Of a DNA stretch of 64,000 nucleotides, positions 50,584-60,565 are shown in pieces. The notes beneath the pieces are model-generated. The model ran no database searches. It saw only the letters and a program-made list of their open reading frames with translations, and was not told the origin of the DNA. The first letter of the stretch is position 1; each line of letters begins with the position of its first letter. This DNA comes from Longimicrobiales bacterium (GTDB lineage Bacteria; Gemmatimonadota; Gemmatimonadetes; Longimicrobiales; Gaopeijiaceae). The stretch lies in assembly GCA_965202985.1 (NCBI GenBank), contig CBDBCF010000002.1, forward strand, positions 256,001-320,000. Direction: 5' to 3'. A program made the translations under genes and the position numbers.

Positions 50584-51488
50584 GGCTCTGAACCGAAAGC
50601 GCATGTGTAGTCACCCGAAGATCTTCTAGGGACGATTTTCCAGGCTGCGTGCACGCCGAGTCGGTGCCAGGTCGATCTGGCTTCAGGGTTCCAAACATCA
50701 AGCAATGCATCAATACCGTGGTGTTCCAGGGGTTGAGACCAAGCTGGCCAGAGAAACCGCCGTTCTCTCCGCTTGTCCAGTGCATCCTCGACTTCAACCA
50801 TTCGCCAGCCTCTTTGTAGGGGCGACACGCCAGACGCGCGGCCTAACCGTTCATCAGTCCCGTTGCCGCGGACAGGAAGAAGAGCCAGGCCAAAGAATGC
50901 GAGTATTTCAACGACAGGATCGACGAACTTGCCGTGTTCGTCAGATTGTGATCCTAAACGTGTCAGATCAAATCCCAACCCATTGTCCTTGACCCGTGCT
51001 GCTCGTCCCGCGAGGGAGTCCATCAGTCGATCTCGTGAAGACTGCGACAACGCCTTTTGCAATTTCAGAATGCGGTGATGAAGCCACTTGATGGGTCCAG
51101 GTCCGGCAGCGTCAAAAGGCGCGTGGGCAACTTCCCCATTTTTGTCCACATGCAAGTCCGTAAGTGTGGAAGATATCGTCCACGACTGAGGATCGCCGCG
51201 AGCGGCACGTGTTCGGGCAACCAGTGCGTCAACATGCACCTTGCGTTCCAATGGATTGTCGGGCTGCCATTCGGACGCCAATGGCATCGAGTCAAGTGCA
51301 TCTGCATCTGGCCACGCAGCCTCGAGAAGCGAAATCGGATCGTTGTCGTCGGCCGACAGAACTGCGATAGGCGTGGGCTCGGAGGTCCATCCCAACCGAA
51401 TTCGGGAATCAAGAACAGTGGCACCGACGGCCGCGAGCCAACCGTTGATCCAATCAGCCGGCAAGCCGATGCAGGATACATGGGCCAT
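50577..51488 (-). CDS. csb3: Type I-G large subunit, Csb3/Cas8u2-like
   Basis: Position after cas3; GWLAAVG, PVVEILAFFGLALLPV, FLWPAWSQPL; about 300 aa. Confidence 0.7.
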   Translation of the reverse strand: MAHVSCIGLPADWINGWLAAVGATVLDSRIRLGWTSEPTPIAVLSADDNDPISLLEAAWPDADALDSMPLASEWQPDNPLERKVHVDALVARTRAARGDPQSWTISSTLTDLHVDKNGEVAHAPFDAAGPGPIKWLHHRILKLQKALSQSSRDRLMDSLAGRAARVKDNGLGFDLTRLGSQSDEHGKFVDPVVEILAFFGLALLPVRGNGTDERLGRASGVSPLQRGWRMVEVEDALDKRRERRFLWPAWSQPLEHHGIDALLDVWNPEARSTWHRLGVHAAWKIVPRRSSGDYTCAFGSEPW

Positions 51489-54338
51489 TTATGTGGTCCT
51501 CTTGGTGGACAAAGTGGAGTTGCGTCCAGATACCGCATGGTCCGCCCGGCATACTATCGATTCCAGTAGCGCGAGGCCCCAGGGTCCGAATTCCGAATTG
51601 AGCCTATGGAACCTGGCTGGTTGCTCCCAATCGACCTCGGAAAGATCAGCAGACGTCGTGAGGGAATGGCCATCGATGCTGCAAGCCAAGGCCGCCGGAG
51701 CTTCGTCGAGCACAGGGCCGACGAGCGGCCGTCCGTGGCCATGATGGCTGATGACGAGATGAAGAAGCAATTCTCGCAGAAGTCCGGTGCCCCATTCGGA
51801 GTCGAAGTCGAGCCACTGACTCACGAGACGTGCGGACAGCACCTCGTGACGGCCTCCACGGGGCCATCCGGCGGCAACGCGGGCTGCGTTCCAACTGTGG
51901 CGCGGCAAGCCCGACTTGGCGAGCATAGCGCATGTGTGGTCGCCTCTGGGGTCCAGCCATCGCTGGAAGCGCTCGTCCGCTTTTCCAATGTCGTGTAGGC
52001 GACCGGCCCGTGCCACGACCTCAACCAAGTCGCGACGCATGCCAAGGCGATTTGCAATCGTCTGCGCATGCTTCTCGACATCCTCACTGTGACGGTCCAA
52101 GGATTCGACGTTCGCAGCCAAGGATCTCTCGTCGAACTCGTCGCTACTGCGCTCTTTCTCTGTGGTTTCAACACGAAGTCGAGCAACCTCTCCTCGTGGG
52201 ACAACTGCCACGGGATTCAGGGAGTCAACGAAGTCTGTCCACTCCTCTTGACGCCATCCCGACGGCGTATTTGCTTCCCGAAGGTTGTCCACAATCCGCT
52301 CGACAGCCTGTCGTTGCTCGGCAGGATCGAGATCGACGCCGTCTTCCTGGGGAATCCCCGTGGCCGTCCGGATCAACTTGTCGGGAAGGGCAACGCCGGA
52401 CATGCGCTTGATCGCAACCGGATCGAGTGGCAACCCGTTGCCAGGGAGGGACACGTCGACCACTGGCGACGCTCGCGACGACGGTTCCCACCCAAATTCG
52501 TCGAGAAGCCCACGGTCAACCGGAAGCACCAGCGAGTCTCCGGGTCGCAAGTCGTCGGCTCCGACCCTTTCGACGGTCACGCGATCTGCGGCGATCCGAT
52601 GTATTTCTTCATCCTGCTCCAGAGCTTCTCGAAATTCCCAAATTGGAACACTAACCGCCTCTCGGTCTTTTGCTCTGGGCCACAACCGAGCTCCTGCCAA
52701 GTCGCGCTGGCCGGTCGGGTCGCCGTCACCGTCGGGAATGTGCGCTCGCCAAATCACAGAGACCATGCGATCGACTCTGGCAATCCCAGAGAAAAACGAC
52801 TCCACCGGCGCTTCGCCAGGAGGCGGCGTGGTTGTCTTGATCCACTCCCACAGCAGTCCATAGAGAATTTCTGGCGCGCGTCCGCACTCGTCTTTGGGAA
52901 GGCCAAGGACCTCCTTGATGTGACGGGAGCAAAGGTTCAGTTCTTCCGACTCTTCGCCAGACCGTTTCTGAAGCCGCTGCCAGACGATCGCCGGCTCTGG
53001 ACCGTAGACAGGCCATTCAGCAGGATTGTTGGTTGGCGTGACGCGATGTTGCTTTGGTGGAGGTGCATGGAGGTACACAGCGCGAGCGTGATCATGACGG
53101 CCGAGCCGGTTCATCCGTCCGAATCGCTGCGTAAGCGCCCTTACTCCACAAGTCTCCGTAACGACATATTCGGCGTCGATGTCCGCTCCAACTTCCAGTG
53201 TTTGGGTCGCAACAACGACCAAGTGACGGTCTCGACACGCGCCATGCTCCCTGTCAGACGCCATGCCGTGCTCCGGATGGAGTATTCGACTTCGGATGTC
53301 CTCCGCTTCGCGTTCTCGTGCTCGCCCGGTCAGCAGCTTGACTTCCGCGTCGCGGCCCAGCAGCTTTCTCAGCAAACCGAACACTTGGCGTGCGGTTTTC
53401 GGAGTGTTGGCGAACACCACGCCTGCTGCCGGTGCTCGTGCGCGATCAAGCAAATCTCTCATCGCCTCGGCAAGCTTACTTGGCACGTCTTTGGCTTCGC
53501 ATTTTCGAAGTTCCACCGGCTTGGGCGCATCCAAGCGCTTTTTGACGATGGCGTTGTCGAAGTCGTTTTCGTCCAGGTCGAATCGCGAGGCGACCGGTTC
53601 GCCGCCGGTTGCGGTTAGGGATACGAGCTGTGGTTCGGATCGCGATTGAGGCAGAACGTCGTGTCCATGGGGAGCGCACCCCTGAAGGGCATCGCAGAGT
53701 GTTCGCAGGTGTGGCGCGAGATGGGCTTCGTCGAGCAAGACGAGACTGTCGGTTCCGGCCATGGCGGCGTCGATGGGACGCCGCATTCGGCTCGATCCGT
53801 AGCCACGAAACAAAAGCCGCGACCCGTACATCGGGAGTGTGGACAAGATGACTGCAGGCTGGGACGGATCGGTGGGCGTGCGGGATTCAACACCTCCTCG
53901 GAGCCGTATGACCTCCAAAGCACATGCCGAGGAAGATGCGCTGAGGGAACGCAGTCTGTCGCCGACGGCTGTGATGTCTCCACCAGCGGCGTCGGATCTC
54001 AATTCGACGCTCGATAGATCATCCAGGGCGGCCGCGAGCTTGTCAGCATGCTCCCAGGTGGAATCGACAAGCATGCGCCGGTTGACTACCCACCAGATCC
54101 GGGTTGGCGCGGACCGGAGAGTGGGATCAAGGTGCGCTTGGGACGCCAACCACCATACGGCAATGTCCAAACACGCCGTCTTGCCAAGGCCAGTCGGCAC
54201 ACCGACTTCAATCGGCCATCTGTTGTCTTCGCGGACTTGACGAGCAAGCCGAGCCTGCCAGGGAAACGGTTCACGGCCCTTGTTGATGGCCCGGTAGAAC
54301 GCTTCAAAGTCCGGCATTGGAAGCTGAGATTCGGTCAC
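51489..54338 (-). CDS. cas3: Type I-G Cas3 (helicase with C-terminal HD nuclease)
   Basis: PFPWQ, PTGLGKT, DEAH, TAT, QRFGRMNR; HDIGK, RHE, SHHG at the C terminus. Confidence 0.96.
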   Translation of the reverse strand: MTESQLPMPDFEAFYRAINKGREPFPWQARLARQVREDNRWPIEVGVPTGLGKTACLDIAVWWLASQAHLDPTLRSAPTRIWWVVNRRMLVDSTWEHADKLAAALDDLSSVELRSDAAGGDITAVGDRLRSLSASSSACALEVIRLRGGVESRTPTDPSQPAVILSTLPMYGSRLLFRGYGSSRMRRPIDAAMAGTDSLVLLDEAHLAPHLRTLCDALQGCAPHGHDVLPQSRSEPQLVSLTATGGEPVASRFDLDENDFDNAIVKKRLDAPKPVELRKCEAKDVPSKLAEAMRDLLDRARAPAAGVVFANTPKTARQVFGLLRKLLGRDAEVKLLTGRAREREAEDIRSRILHPEHGMASDREHGACRDRHLVVVATQTLEVGADIDAEYVVTETCGVRALTQRFGRMNRLGRHDHARAVYLHAPPPKQHRVTPTNNPAEWPVYGPEPAIVWQRLQKRSGEESEELNLCSRHIKEVLGLPKDECGRAPEILYGLLWEWIKTTTPPPGEAPVESFFSGIARVDRMVSVIWRAHIPDGDGDPTGQRDLAGARLWPRAKDREAVSVPIWEFREALEQDEEIHRIAADRVTVERVGADDLRPGDSLVLPVDRGLLDEFGWEPSSRASPVVDVSLPGNGLPLDPVAIKRMSGVALPDKLIRTATGIPQEDGVDLDPAEQRQAVERIVDNLREANTPSGWRQEEWTDFVDSLNPVAVVPRGEVARLRVETTEKERSSDEFDERSLAANVESLDRHSEDVEKHAQTIANRLGMRRDLVEVVARAGRLHDIGKADERFQRWLDPRGDHTCAMLAKSGLPRHSWNAARVAAGWPRGGRHEVLSARLVSQWLDFDSEWGTGLLRELLLHLVISHHGHGRPLVGPVLDEAPAALACSIDGHSLTTSADLSEVDWEQPARFHRLNSEFGPWGLALLESIVCRADHAVSGRNSTLSTKRTT

Positions 54339-54343
54339 GGTTT

Positions 54344-55756
54344 CTAGGTTCTGCTATGTGAGTCGAGCGGTGCACACAGCCCGAACCCCCGTTGCCGCCC
54401 GCTGCCGATGACGATTGGCCCACGAACGGGCTCAGCAAACTGCAGCGCCACATGGCAATAGGGCAATCGAGGCCGGTCGCGTCGGTGCACTTCGACCGGC
54501 GCAAGATCGACGGCTCCCCTAACAAGTGGAGCCCGCGCCGCACGAAACGCTATCGGCTCTGGAAGTCCGGCGTGACGACACCAACGGGAGACTTCGTCCA
54601 AGTCGAGCGTTCCGTGCCGCTCGTGGACTGCAGGAAAGGCGGTAACCCACTCGCGGGATTCTCTTTCCCATCTGCGGGGCTGGACAGCCCAAGGGCGGTC
54701 CATGTGTCGACGTGCGACCGACACGTCGACGCCGTTGCCAACCAGTCGCCGCACCGAATACACCGCACTTCGCACGCTCCGGCGTTCGGCGGCGTCCGAC
54801 TCGGGCGGCAACCACAACGCCAGTCCGTGAATTCGCCCTCTCGAATGAGGGAAAGCCACGTCGGGCAGAGCGAGGAAGCGAGCAAGTTCGTAGCCCTTTC
54901 CACTCCAGCCGTGCCCATGGAGAACCGCGGGCGGCTGTCCGAACATCCGTTGATAGTGGCTGAGAACAGCTTTCTTGAACAAGCCCGTCAGGACGCCGAT
55001 TCGCCGGCCAGAAACGGCCTTGTCCAGGCTCATCCAAGCCACGACGCTCCCACCCGATGGCCGCCGTCCCGACCGTGGGTCGCGGTAGGCAGCCTCGTGA
55101 CGCAACCCCGGGAACTGCGAGCGACTGACACTTGCCCCCTCCCGTTGCCATGCCTGGTACATCTGGTCGAGGATGCTGAGGTCTCCTGGCCTCGGAACAT
55201 TGATGTGGAGCGTGCCGTCGGAATCGGGTACGTATGCAACCCCCCGGCCGATCGGAGGCGGATCACCGGTGCGCACTCGGACGCGGGCCGGGGAATCGGA
55301 AGTGCCCAGGTACCCAATGCGGGCCGCGCGAAACCGCAGTGCGTCGAGGATTCGCTTTGAGGGCGGTGCCACATCCCACGAGTAGACAAGCCGGGGGTCC
55401 TTCGGTGCCACCCGGATGCTGGGTCGAACGAGCGCCCCCTCTCGAGCGACGTACTCCTGGTGCGTTTTCTGTTTGCCCGTGGAGTGGTGCTTGACCACAT
55501 AACGGGGCTGCATCTCCGAGTGTGGCGGGTTGCAGTCTGCGTGAATCACGGGGGGCGGCAACCGCTCGATCCACTCCAGTTCTGATCCATCGGTAGCGGT
55601 GCAACGATCTCCCGTCCCGTCTGCTGCGACGAACGCGGCGAAGAGCCGGAAGGGAGTAGGCGGCCACTCCGGGACCACCAGACGCCCCGTGTTCGCCGTG
55701 CCGAGTGCGTCTCCCCGGAAGGTTCCGTGAAGCAGCTCGGCCGATACCGAGAACAT
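54344..55756 (-). CDS. csb2: Type I-G Cas5/Cas6 fusion Csb2
   Basis: EWPPTPFRLFAAFVA, YLGTSDS, GPIVIGSGRQRGFGLC. Confidence 0.92.
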   Translation of the reverse strand: MFSVSAELLHGTFRGDALGTANTGRLVVPEWPPTPFRLFAAFVAADGTGDRCTATDGSELEWIERLPPPVIHADCNPPHSEMQPRYVVKHHSTGKQKTHQEYVAREGALVRPSIRVAPKDPRLVYSWDVAPPSKRILDALRFRAARIGYLGTSDSPARVRVRTGDPPPIGRGVAYVPDSDGTLHINVPRPGDLSILDQMYQAWQREGASVSRSQFPGLRHEAAYRDPRSGRRPSGGSVVAWMSLDKAVSGRRIGVLTGLFKKAVLSHYQRMFGQPPAVLHGHGWSGKGYELARFLALPDVAFPHSRGRIHGLALWLPPESDAAERRSVRSAVYSVRRLVGNGVDVSVARRHMDRPWAVQPRRWERESREWVTAFPAVHERHGTLDLDEVSRWCRHAGLPEPIAFRAARAPLVRGAVDLAPVEVHRRDRPRLPYCHVALQFAEPVRGPIVIGSGRQRGFGLCAPLDSHSRT

Positions 55757-56955
55757 CAGCCGTCTCCGGCTTCCTCGCCGTCCAGATTGGGCCACGTCTT
55801 GCTGATCGCGTTGCACAGGTTGGGTTTGGGCGAAAGCACGAGCGGCTCTTGGTCCCAACCATCCAGTGGAACCCCGACGGCCCTCGCGTTCTCCTTGGCC
55901 TCGTTCACCATGCTCAGAACCCCCTCGGCGTTGATGATAGCACACGACTCATCGCCAGCACTTCCCAGCCACGTCACGACCGCCGTGGCCGGTCGAAGCT
56001 CGGCTCCCGACCGAAGCGCGAAGCCTCGCCCGAACGCGAGGACGTGCGCGTACAGGCCGAGAGCAACAAGCAGCGCGCGGGCCGCGCCGTCCGCTTTATC
56101 GTCATAGCCGCTTCCCAGATGGATCCGCCGGAGCTGGGCGAACGAAACCGTGGCCCGCTGACTGATCCGCGAGAAAGACACCGCCGCCGCGGTGGCCTCT
56201 TTGCCCATGAACGGCACCTGACCGTGACCGATCTCGGAGAGGGCGGCCTTCTTCTTGCCCTTGCCGAACTGCCAATAGGTGGAGTCATTGGGATCGAAGG
56301 CGACGCTCTCGTCGACGCTGAGATTCAGCGAGTCACCCTTGAGACCCCGCGTCCGTGTGTCCGTCGAGGCTGGATTCCAGCCGATGATCTCGGAGACCCA
56401 CGCCCTAGCGTGCTTGGCGTTGGAGCGCTTCTTCCCCAGGTGGGACTGCCAGAACCCGAAGAGAAGGGCTTGTGGGAACCACTTCATAAGCGGGGCGCAG
56501 GTCTGCGCGGTGGCTCCAAAGATGTCGCGCCCGATTTCTGTGTTAAGGAAGTCGCTGCCGCCCAGCATAGCGTCGCGGAGGTAGGCGTCGGCGTTCCTGT
56601 GGGGGAACTGCCAGCTGGACAGTTGCCGGGGCAGGTGGGGTGGAAGGTGGAGTCCATCCAGGTCAAGGACGAGTTCGGGGAGACCAGCGTCGGCCCGGCG
56701 TCGCCGCAGGGCGTCTTCCAGGCGGTTTGCCTGCGAGGGGACGTTGTCGATGACGATCACAGGCGTCGGCTTGTCATCATCGATCGACGCCCAACGACGA
56801 TCCTGCTGATACTCGCCGCCCTCGTAGACGGCTGGCTTCACCGGTGCCCCAGGCCCGGCCAGCGGTTCCAGATCAGTGTCGATGCGAATGCCGTCGTCAA
56901 AGTGGCTGTCGGCGCAACCGGCCAGCAGCGAGTCCAGAGTGATCGTTCGGGCCAT
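55756..56955 (-). CDS. csb1: Type I-G backbone Cas7 (Csb1)
   Basis: VKPAVY, IDNVPSQANRLE, PHRNADAYLR, LLFGFWQS, GHGQVP, LRSG; GGAGG RBS. Confidence 0.93.
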   Translation of the reverse strand: MARTITLDSLLAGCADSHFDDGIRIDTDLEPLAGPGAPVKPAVYEGGEYQQDRRWASIDDDKPTPVIVIDNVPSQANRLEDALRRRRADAGLPELVLDLDGLHLPPHLPRQLSSWQFPHRNADAYLRDAMLGGSDFLNTEIGRDIFGATAQTCAPLMKWFPQALLFGFWQSHLGKKRSNAKHARAWVSEIIGWNPASTDTRTRGLKGDSLNLSVDESVAFDPNDSTYWQFGKGKKKAALSEIGHGQVPFMGKEATAAAVSFSRISQRATVSFAQLRRIHLGSGYDDKADGAARALLVALGLYAHVLAFGRGFALRSGAELRPATAVVTWLGSAGDESCAIINAEGVLSMVNEAKENARAVGVPLDGWDQEPLVLSPKPNLCNAISKTWPNLDGEEAGDG

Positions 56956-56997
56956 GTGATCCTCCAAGAGTGGATGGGATTGGGGCGTATGGACAGC

Positions 56998-57019
56998 AAG
57001 ATAACAGCCCCCCGTGACA
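56998..57019 (-). promoter_or_regulatory. Candidate cas promoter TGTCAC-N10-TATCTT (RecA-NDp/PafBC-type spacing)
   Basis: Minus strand TGTCAC GGGGGGCTGT TATCTT, ending about 43 nt upstream of the csb1 ATG. Confidence 0.5.
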
Positions 57020-57450
57020 GCCGCACGGGTGGCGACCCATGGTTACCGCGAAAGTCGTCTCCCGGCAAGTCCCAGCGGAACGTGGGGTAGGGGGTGGCCC
57101 CGATTTCTCGGGCCGGTCCTTGGCGTACGAGGTCGAAGTCGGGACGCCGCGAGCCGACGGCCAGTCCTCCCGGCTTGGCCGACGAGCCGATGTGGGGCCG
57201 CCCCAGCGCCCGGTGGGGTTCCACGAGATCGGACACCGGGCCAGCGTCGGCAATCTGCACCGTCCTGGCCGCCGCCAATCCAGCTTGCTGGAGGAAGGCG
57301 CGCCAAGTGCCCTGGCAAGCCTTCGGAGTCCGACTCCCGAGTGCGGCGCTCGGTCCCCCAATCCCGGTCATCGCCAACGTGTTGACCGGCGTTCTCGCGG
57401 CCCATGCCGCGGAATTGGCACCGTCGCCCGCGGCTTGAATGGGGCTCCAC

Positions 57451-57479
57451 TTGCAAGCCAGACGGAGTCGTGGTACCAT
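57451..57479 (+). promoter_or_regulatory. Divergent sigma70-type promoter TTGCAA-N17-TACCAT with extended -10 TG
   Basis: Hexamers and spacing read directly; no credible ORF downstream. Confidence 0.45.
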
Positions 57480-58262
57480 TAGTGACGCCCGAGTCGGGCA
57501 AGCCCAGCAGTCCCGGGTGTCGAGGTGCCCAGTCTGGAAGTTGCGGGAGGTCGGGACCCTGTGCGGTGTGTCGACATGAGGAAGTGGAAGGAGAACAGGA
57601 CACTCAAGCGAATATATCCAGCCTATATTTGTCTACAAGATAACAATATGGACTAAAGGGCTAATGCTTCATATTTTGTCGTTTCCAGTGATGCATATGA
57701 ACCATAGCTTCGTATCTGACTGAATACAGCATCCGCCGGGGTCGGATGCTGACGGAAACAATGGATGGGATCTAGCATTTACCAGGACAAAGCATCGCTG
57801 CTTTCGGGGGCCAACAAATGAACAGTTCGAATTGCAGGCCATGGCCAAGAGCGCCGCCCTTACAGGTGTTCGGCCTCCATGGAGGTATCAGGAAGTTGAC
57901 AATATATGCTCACCAGAATTGAGGCACAAATGAAGAGAAACGTAGCATTTCCTAGGATACGGAGAAATAATACAGTCCCCAAAAAGAAAGGAGGAAAGAT
58001 GAATGGATATCTGAACAGACGTCCAATGGAGCCGTTGCCGTTGCGTGTCAGGCTAATGCTTCGCTATGGTGCGGGTAACGGCCCAAGATCCTCTCCAGCG
58101 AAAGGCGGTGGAAGTCTGACATTGGACCAGAATAGCAATCCACTGCTATTCTTGGTGGGAACCCGTCCCGGTGTTGTCAGCAGGAGCTGGCAACCCTGGG
58201 GCGGGTTCGCGACGCCCGTTCGAGACGGCCCGTTCCGGAGACGAACGTCAATTCGCCAAGCA

Positions 58263-58632
58263 ACCCTCGCCTGCGGCCCCCCCCCGACGCCCCCCACCCA
58301 ACAACCCGCCACCCAGTGGCCCGTTTGCCGAGTGGCCCGTCTCCACCCCCGAAGCCGAGGGCCTGGACGCCGCCGCCGTGGATTCCCTCCTGGCCGACAT
58401 CGATGCCGAGCGCTACGGCCTGATCGACCACTTCCTCCTCGTCCGCCACGGTCGCGTCGTTGCCGACCGTCGCTGGGACCACGCCGCCCGCTACGCCGAA
58501 CTCCTGGCCGCGCAGGACGACACCGCCGCCCACCAGTACAACACGTCGGACCCCAGGCGCGCCGCGGCCACGCAGGAGGACTTCCTCACCATGCGAAGCG
58601 GGATCGAGTGGGCGACCCCCGGCCAGAGCTAC
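58263..58632 (+). pseudogene. Decayed partial duplicate of the serine hydrolase gene
   Basis: Near-identical to about 59447-59971, but with a frameshift, a 168-bp deletion removing SVTK, and truncation. Confidence 0.85.
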
Positions 58633-58728
58633 CCACCGGGGTCGGCCCCCCATTGACCTTCAACGGAAACGTTACGTACCTTTATCGTGTCCATTTTTCG
58701 TTCCTGCGAACGCGAGGCCAACCCGAAG

Positions 58729-58971
58729 ATGAGCAAGACCATCGGAGCCGCGGCATTCAAGGCGACCTGCCTTCGGGTCATCAAGCAGATCAACCGGGAC
58801 GGGGAGTCGGTCGTCGTCACCAGGCACGGCCGGCCCGTCGCCGTCGTGTCGCCGGCGCCGGCCGACGCCGAGAGTCCGCTCTTGGTCGGAGCCATGCGGG
58901 GATCGGTGCTCGGCTACGACGATCCGTTCGAGCCCGCCGCCGACCCGGCCGATTGGACCGCGCATCGTTGA
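58729..58971 (+). CDS. Phd/YefM-family antitoxin
   Basis: IGAAAFKATCLRVI..INRDGESVVVTRHGRPVAVV; upstream TTGACC-N18-TACCTT. Confidence 0.92.
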   Translation: MSKTIGAAAFKATCLRVIKQINRDGESVVVTRHGRPVAVVSPAPADAESPLLVGAMRGSVLGYDDPFEPAADPADWTAHR

Positions 58972-59381
58972 TCGTCCTCGACACCCATGTGCTCGTGTGG
59001 GTTGTGGACGGCAGCAGGCGATTGGGAGCAACTGCGCGCGATCTGGTCAACCAAGCCGCGCGCGCCGGAGGCGTCGGCCTTTCGGCGATCACGCCGTGGG
59101 AAGTTGCCCTGCTGGCGGAAAAGGGCCGCCTCCGGCTGGGGCGCGACATCGCCGCTTGGCTGGACGAAGCTCTCGCTCTGCCCGGCTTGCGCTTGATCCC
59201 CATCGACCCCTCCATCGCCGTGGCAAGCGTGAGTCTGCCGGGAGACCTTGGCGCCGATCCCGCGGACCGCTTCATCGTCGCCACGGCGCGACACCTCGGC
59301 GTGCCGCTCGCGACCGCCGACCGAGCCATCCTCGCCTACGGCCGTCAAGGCCATGTCCGCGTATTGGACGCCCGTCGCTAG
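58968..59381 (+). CDS. vapC: VapC/PIN-domain toxin
   Basis: LDTHVLVW, SAITPWE, DPADRFIVATA, LATAD; TTG start overlaps antitoxin stop. Confidence 0.92.
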   Translation: MIVLDTHVLVWVVDGSRRLGATARDLVNQAARAGGVGLSAITPWEVALLAEKGRLRLGRDIAAWLDEALALPGLRLIPIDPSIAVASVSLPGDLGADPADRFIVATARHLGVPLATADRAILAYGRQGHVRVLDARR

Positions 59382-59383
59382 TC

Positions 59384-60565
59384 GTGACCCGCAACTTGGT
59401 CCCCCGCGCGCTCGCCTGCTCGCTCGCCCTCGCCCTCGCCCCAACGACCCTCGCCTGCCGCCCACCAGTCCAGCAACCCGCCGCCCAATGGCCCGCTGCC
59501 GAGTGGCCCGTCTCCACCCCCGAAGCCGAGGGCCTGGACCACGCCGCCGTGGACTCCCTCCTGGCCGACATCGACGCCGGGCGCTACGGCCTGATCGACC
59601 ACTTCCTCCTCGTCCGCCACGGCCGCGTCGTCGCCGACCGCCGCTGGGACCACGCCGCCCGCTACGCCGAACTCCTGGCCGCGCAGGACGACACCGCCGC
59701 CCACCAGTACAACTACGACCACCCCGCTTGGCACCCGTTCTACCGCGACACCCGGCTCCACACCCTCCAGTCCGTCACCAAGAGCGTGCTCTCCGTGGCG
59801 TTCGGCATCGCCGTGGACGAGGGCCACCTGCCCGGCGTCGAGTCCCCGGCGTGGCCCTACCTGCGGGCCTACCAGCCCGACACGTCGGACCCCAGGCGCG
59901 CCGCGGCCACGCTGGAGGACTTCCTCACCATGCGAAGCGGGATCGAGTGGGCGGCCCCCGGCCAGACCTACGACGACGAGACCCACCCCACCGTGGTCCT
60001 GGAGGCCAGCGACGAGTGGATCGCCTACGCCGCCGGCCGCCCCATGGCGGAAGACCCCGGAACCCGCTTCGACTACAACGACGGCGTGAGCGTCCTGCTG
60101 GGCAAGATCGTCCGCGAAGCCACGGGCGCGAGAATGGACGAATGGGCGGCGGAGCGCCTCTTCCGCCCCATCGGAATCGACGAGCACTACTGGAAGATCA
60201 CGCCCGACGGCGAAGCCGACACCGAAGGGGGACTCTACCTGGCGCCCCACGACCTGGCCCGGATCGGCTACCTCATGCTGCGCGGCGGCCGGTGGGACGG
60301 CCGGCAGATCGTCTCGGAAGCCTGGGTGCGCGCCTCCACGTCCCCCGTCGTCCCCGACCCCGGCTACGGCTACCAGTGGTGGGTCCCCGTCCACCGCGAC
60401 GGCGAGCCCGTCGTCTTCGCCGCCAACGGCTACGGCGGCCAGTTCCTCCACGTCTCCCCCGAGCACGACCTGATCTCGGTCTTCAACGGCTGGACCCTCC
60501 ACGACCAGCCCGAACTCTCCAGCTGGACCGCCTTCCAGGACCGAATCCTGCCGGCGGTCAGGTAG
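59384..60565 (+). CDS. Beta-lactamase-fold serine hydrolase lipoprotein
   Basis: Lipobox TLAC, SVTK, FDYN, YGYQWW, ANGYGGQ. Confidence 0.9.
   Translation: MTRNLVPRALACSLALALAPTTLACRPPVQQPAAQWPAAEWPVSTPEAEGLDHAAVDSLLADIDAGRYGLIDHFLLVRHGRVVADRRWDHAARYAELLAAQDDTAAHQYNYDHPAWHPFYRDTRLHTLQSVTKSVLSVAFGIAVDEGHLPGVESPAWPYLRAYQPDTSDPRRAAATLEDFLTMRSGIEWAAPGQTYDDETHPTVVLEASDEWIAYAAGRPMAEDPGTRFDYNDGVSVLLGKIVREATGARMDEWAAERLFRPIGIDEHYWKITPDGEADTEGGLYLAPHDLARIGYLMLRGGRWDGRQIVSEAWVRASTSPVVPDPGYGYQWWVPVHRDGEPVVFAANGYGGQFLHVSPEHDLISVFNGWTLHDQPELSSWTAFQDRILPAVR

Noticed and set aside
57906..59381. 491-aa ORF as a large VapC fusion
   Set aside because: Only 58968-59381 is PIN-like; the upstream part is an off-frame read through the pseudogene and antitoxin.
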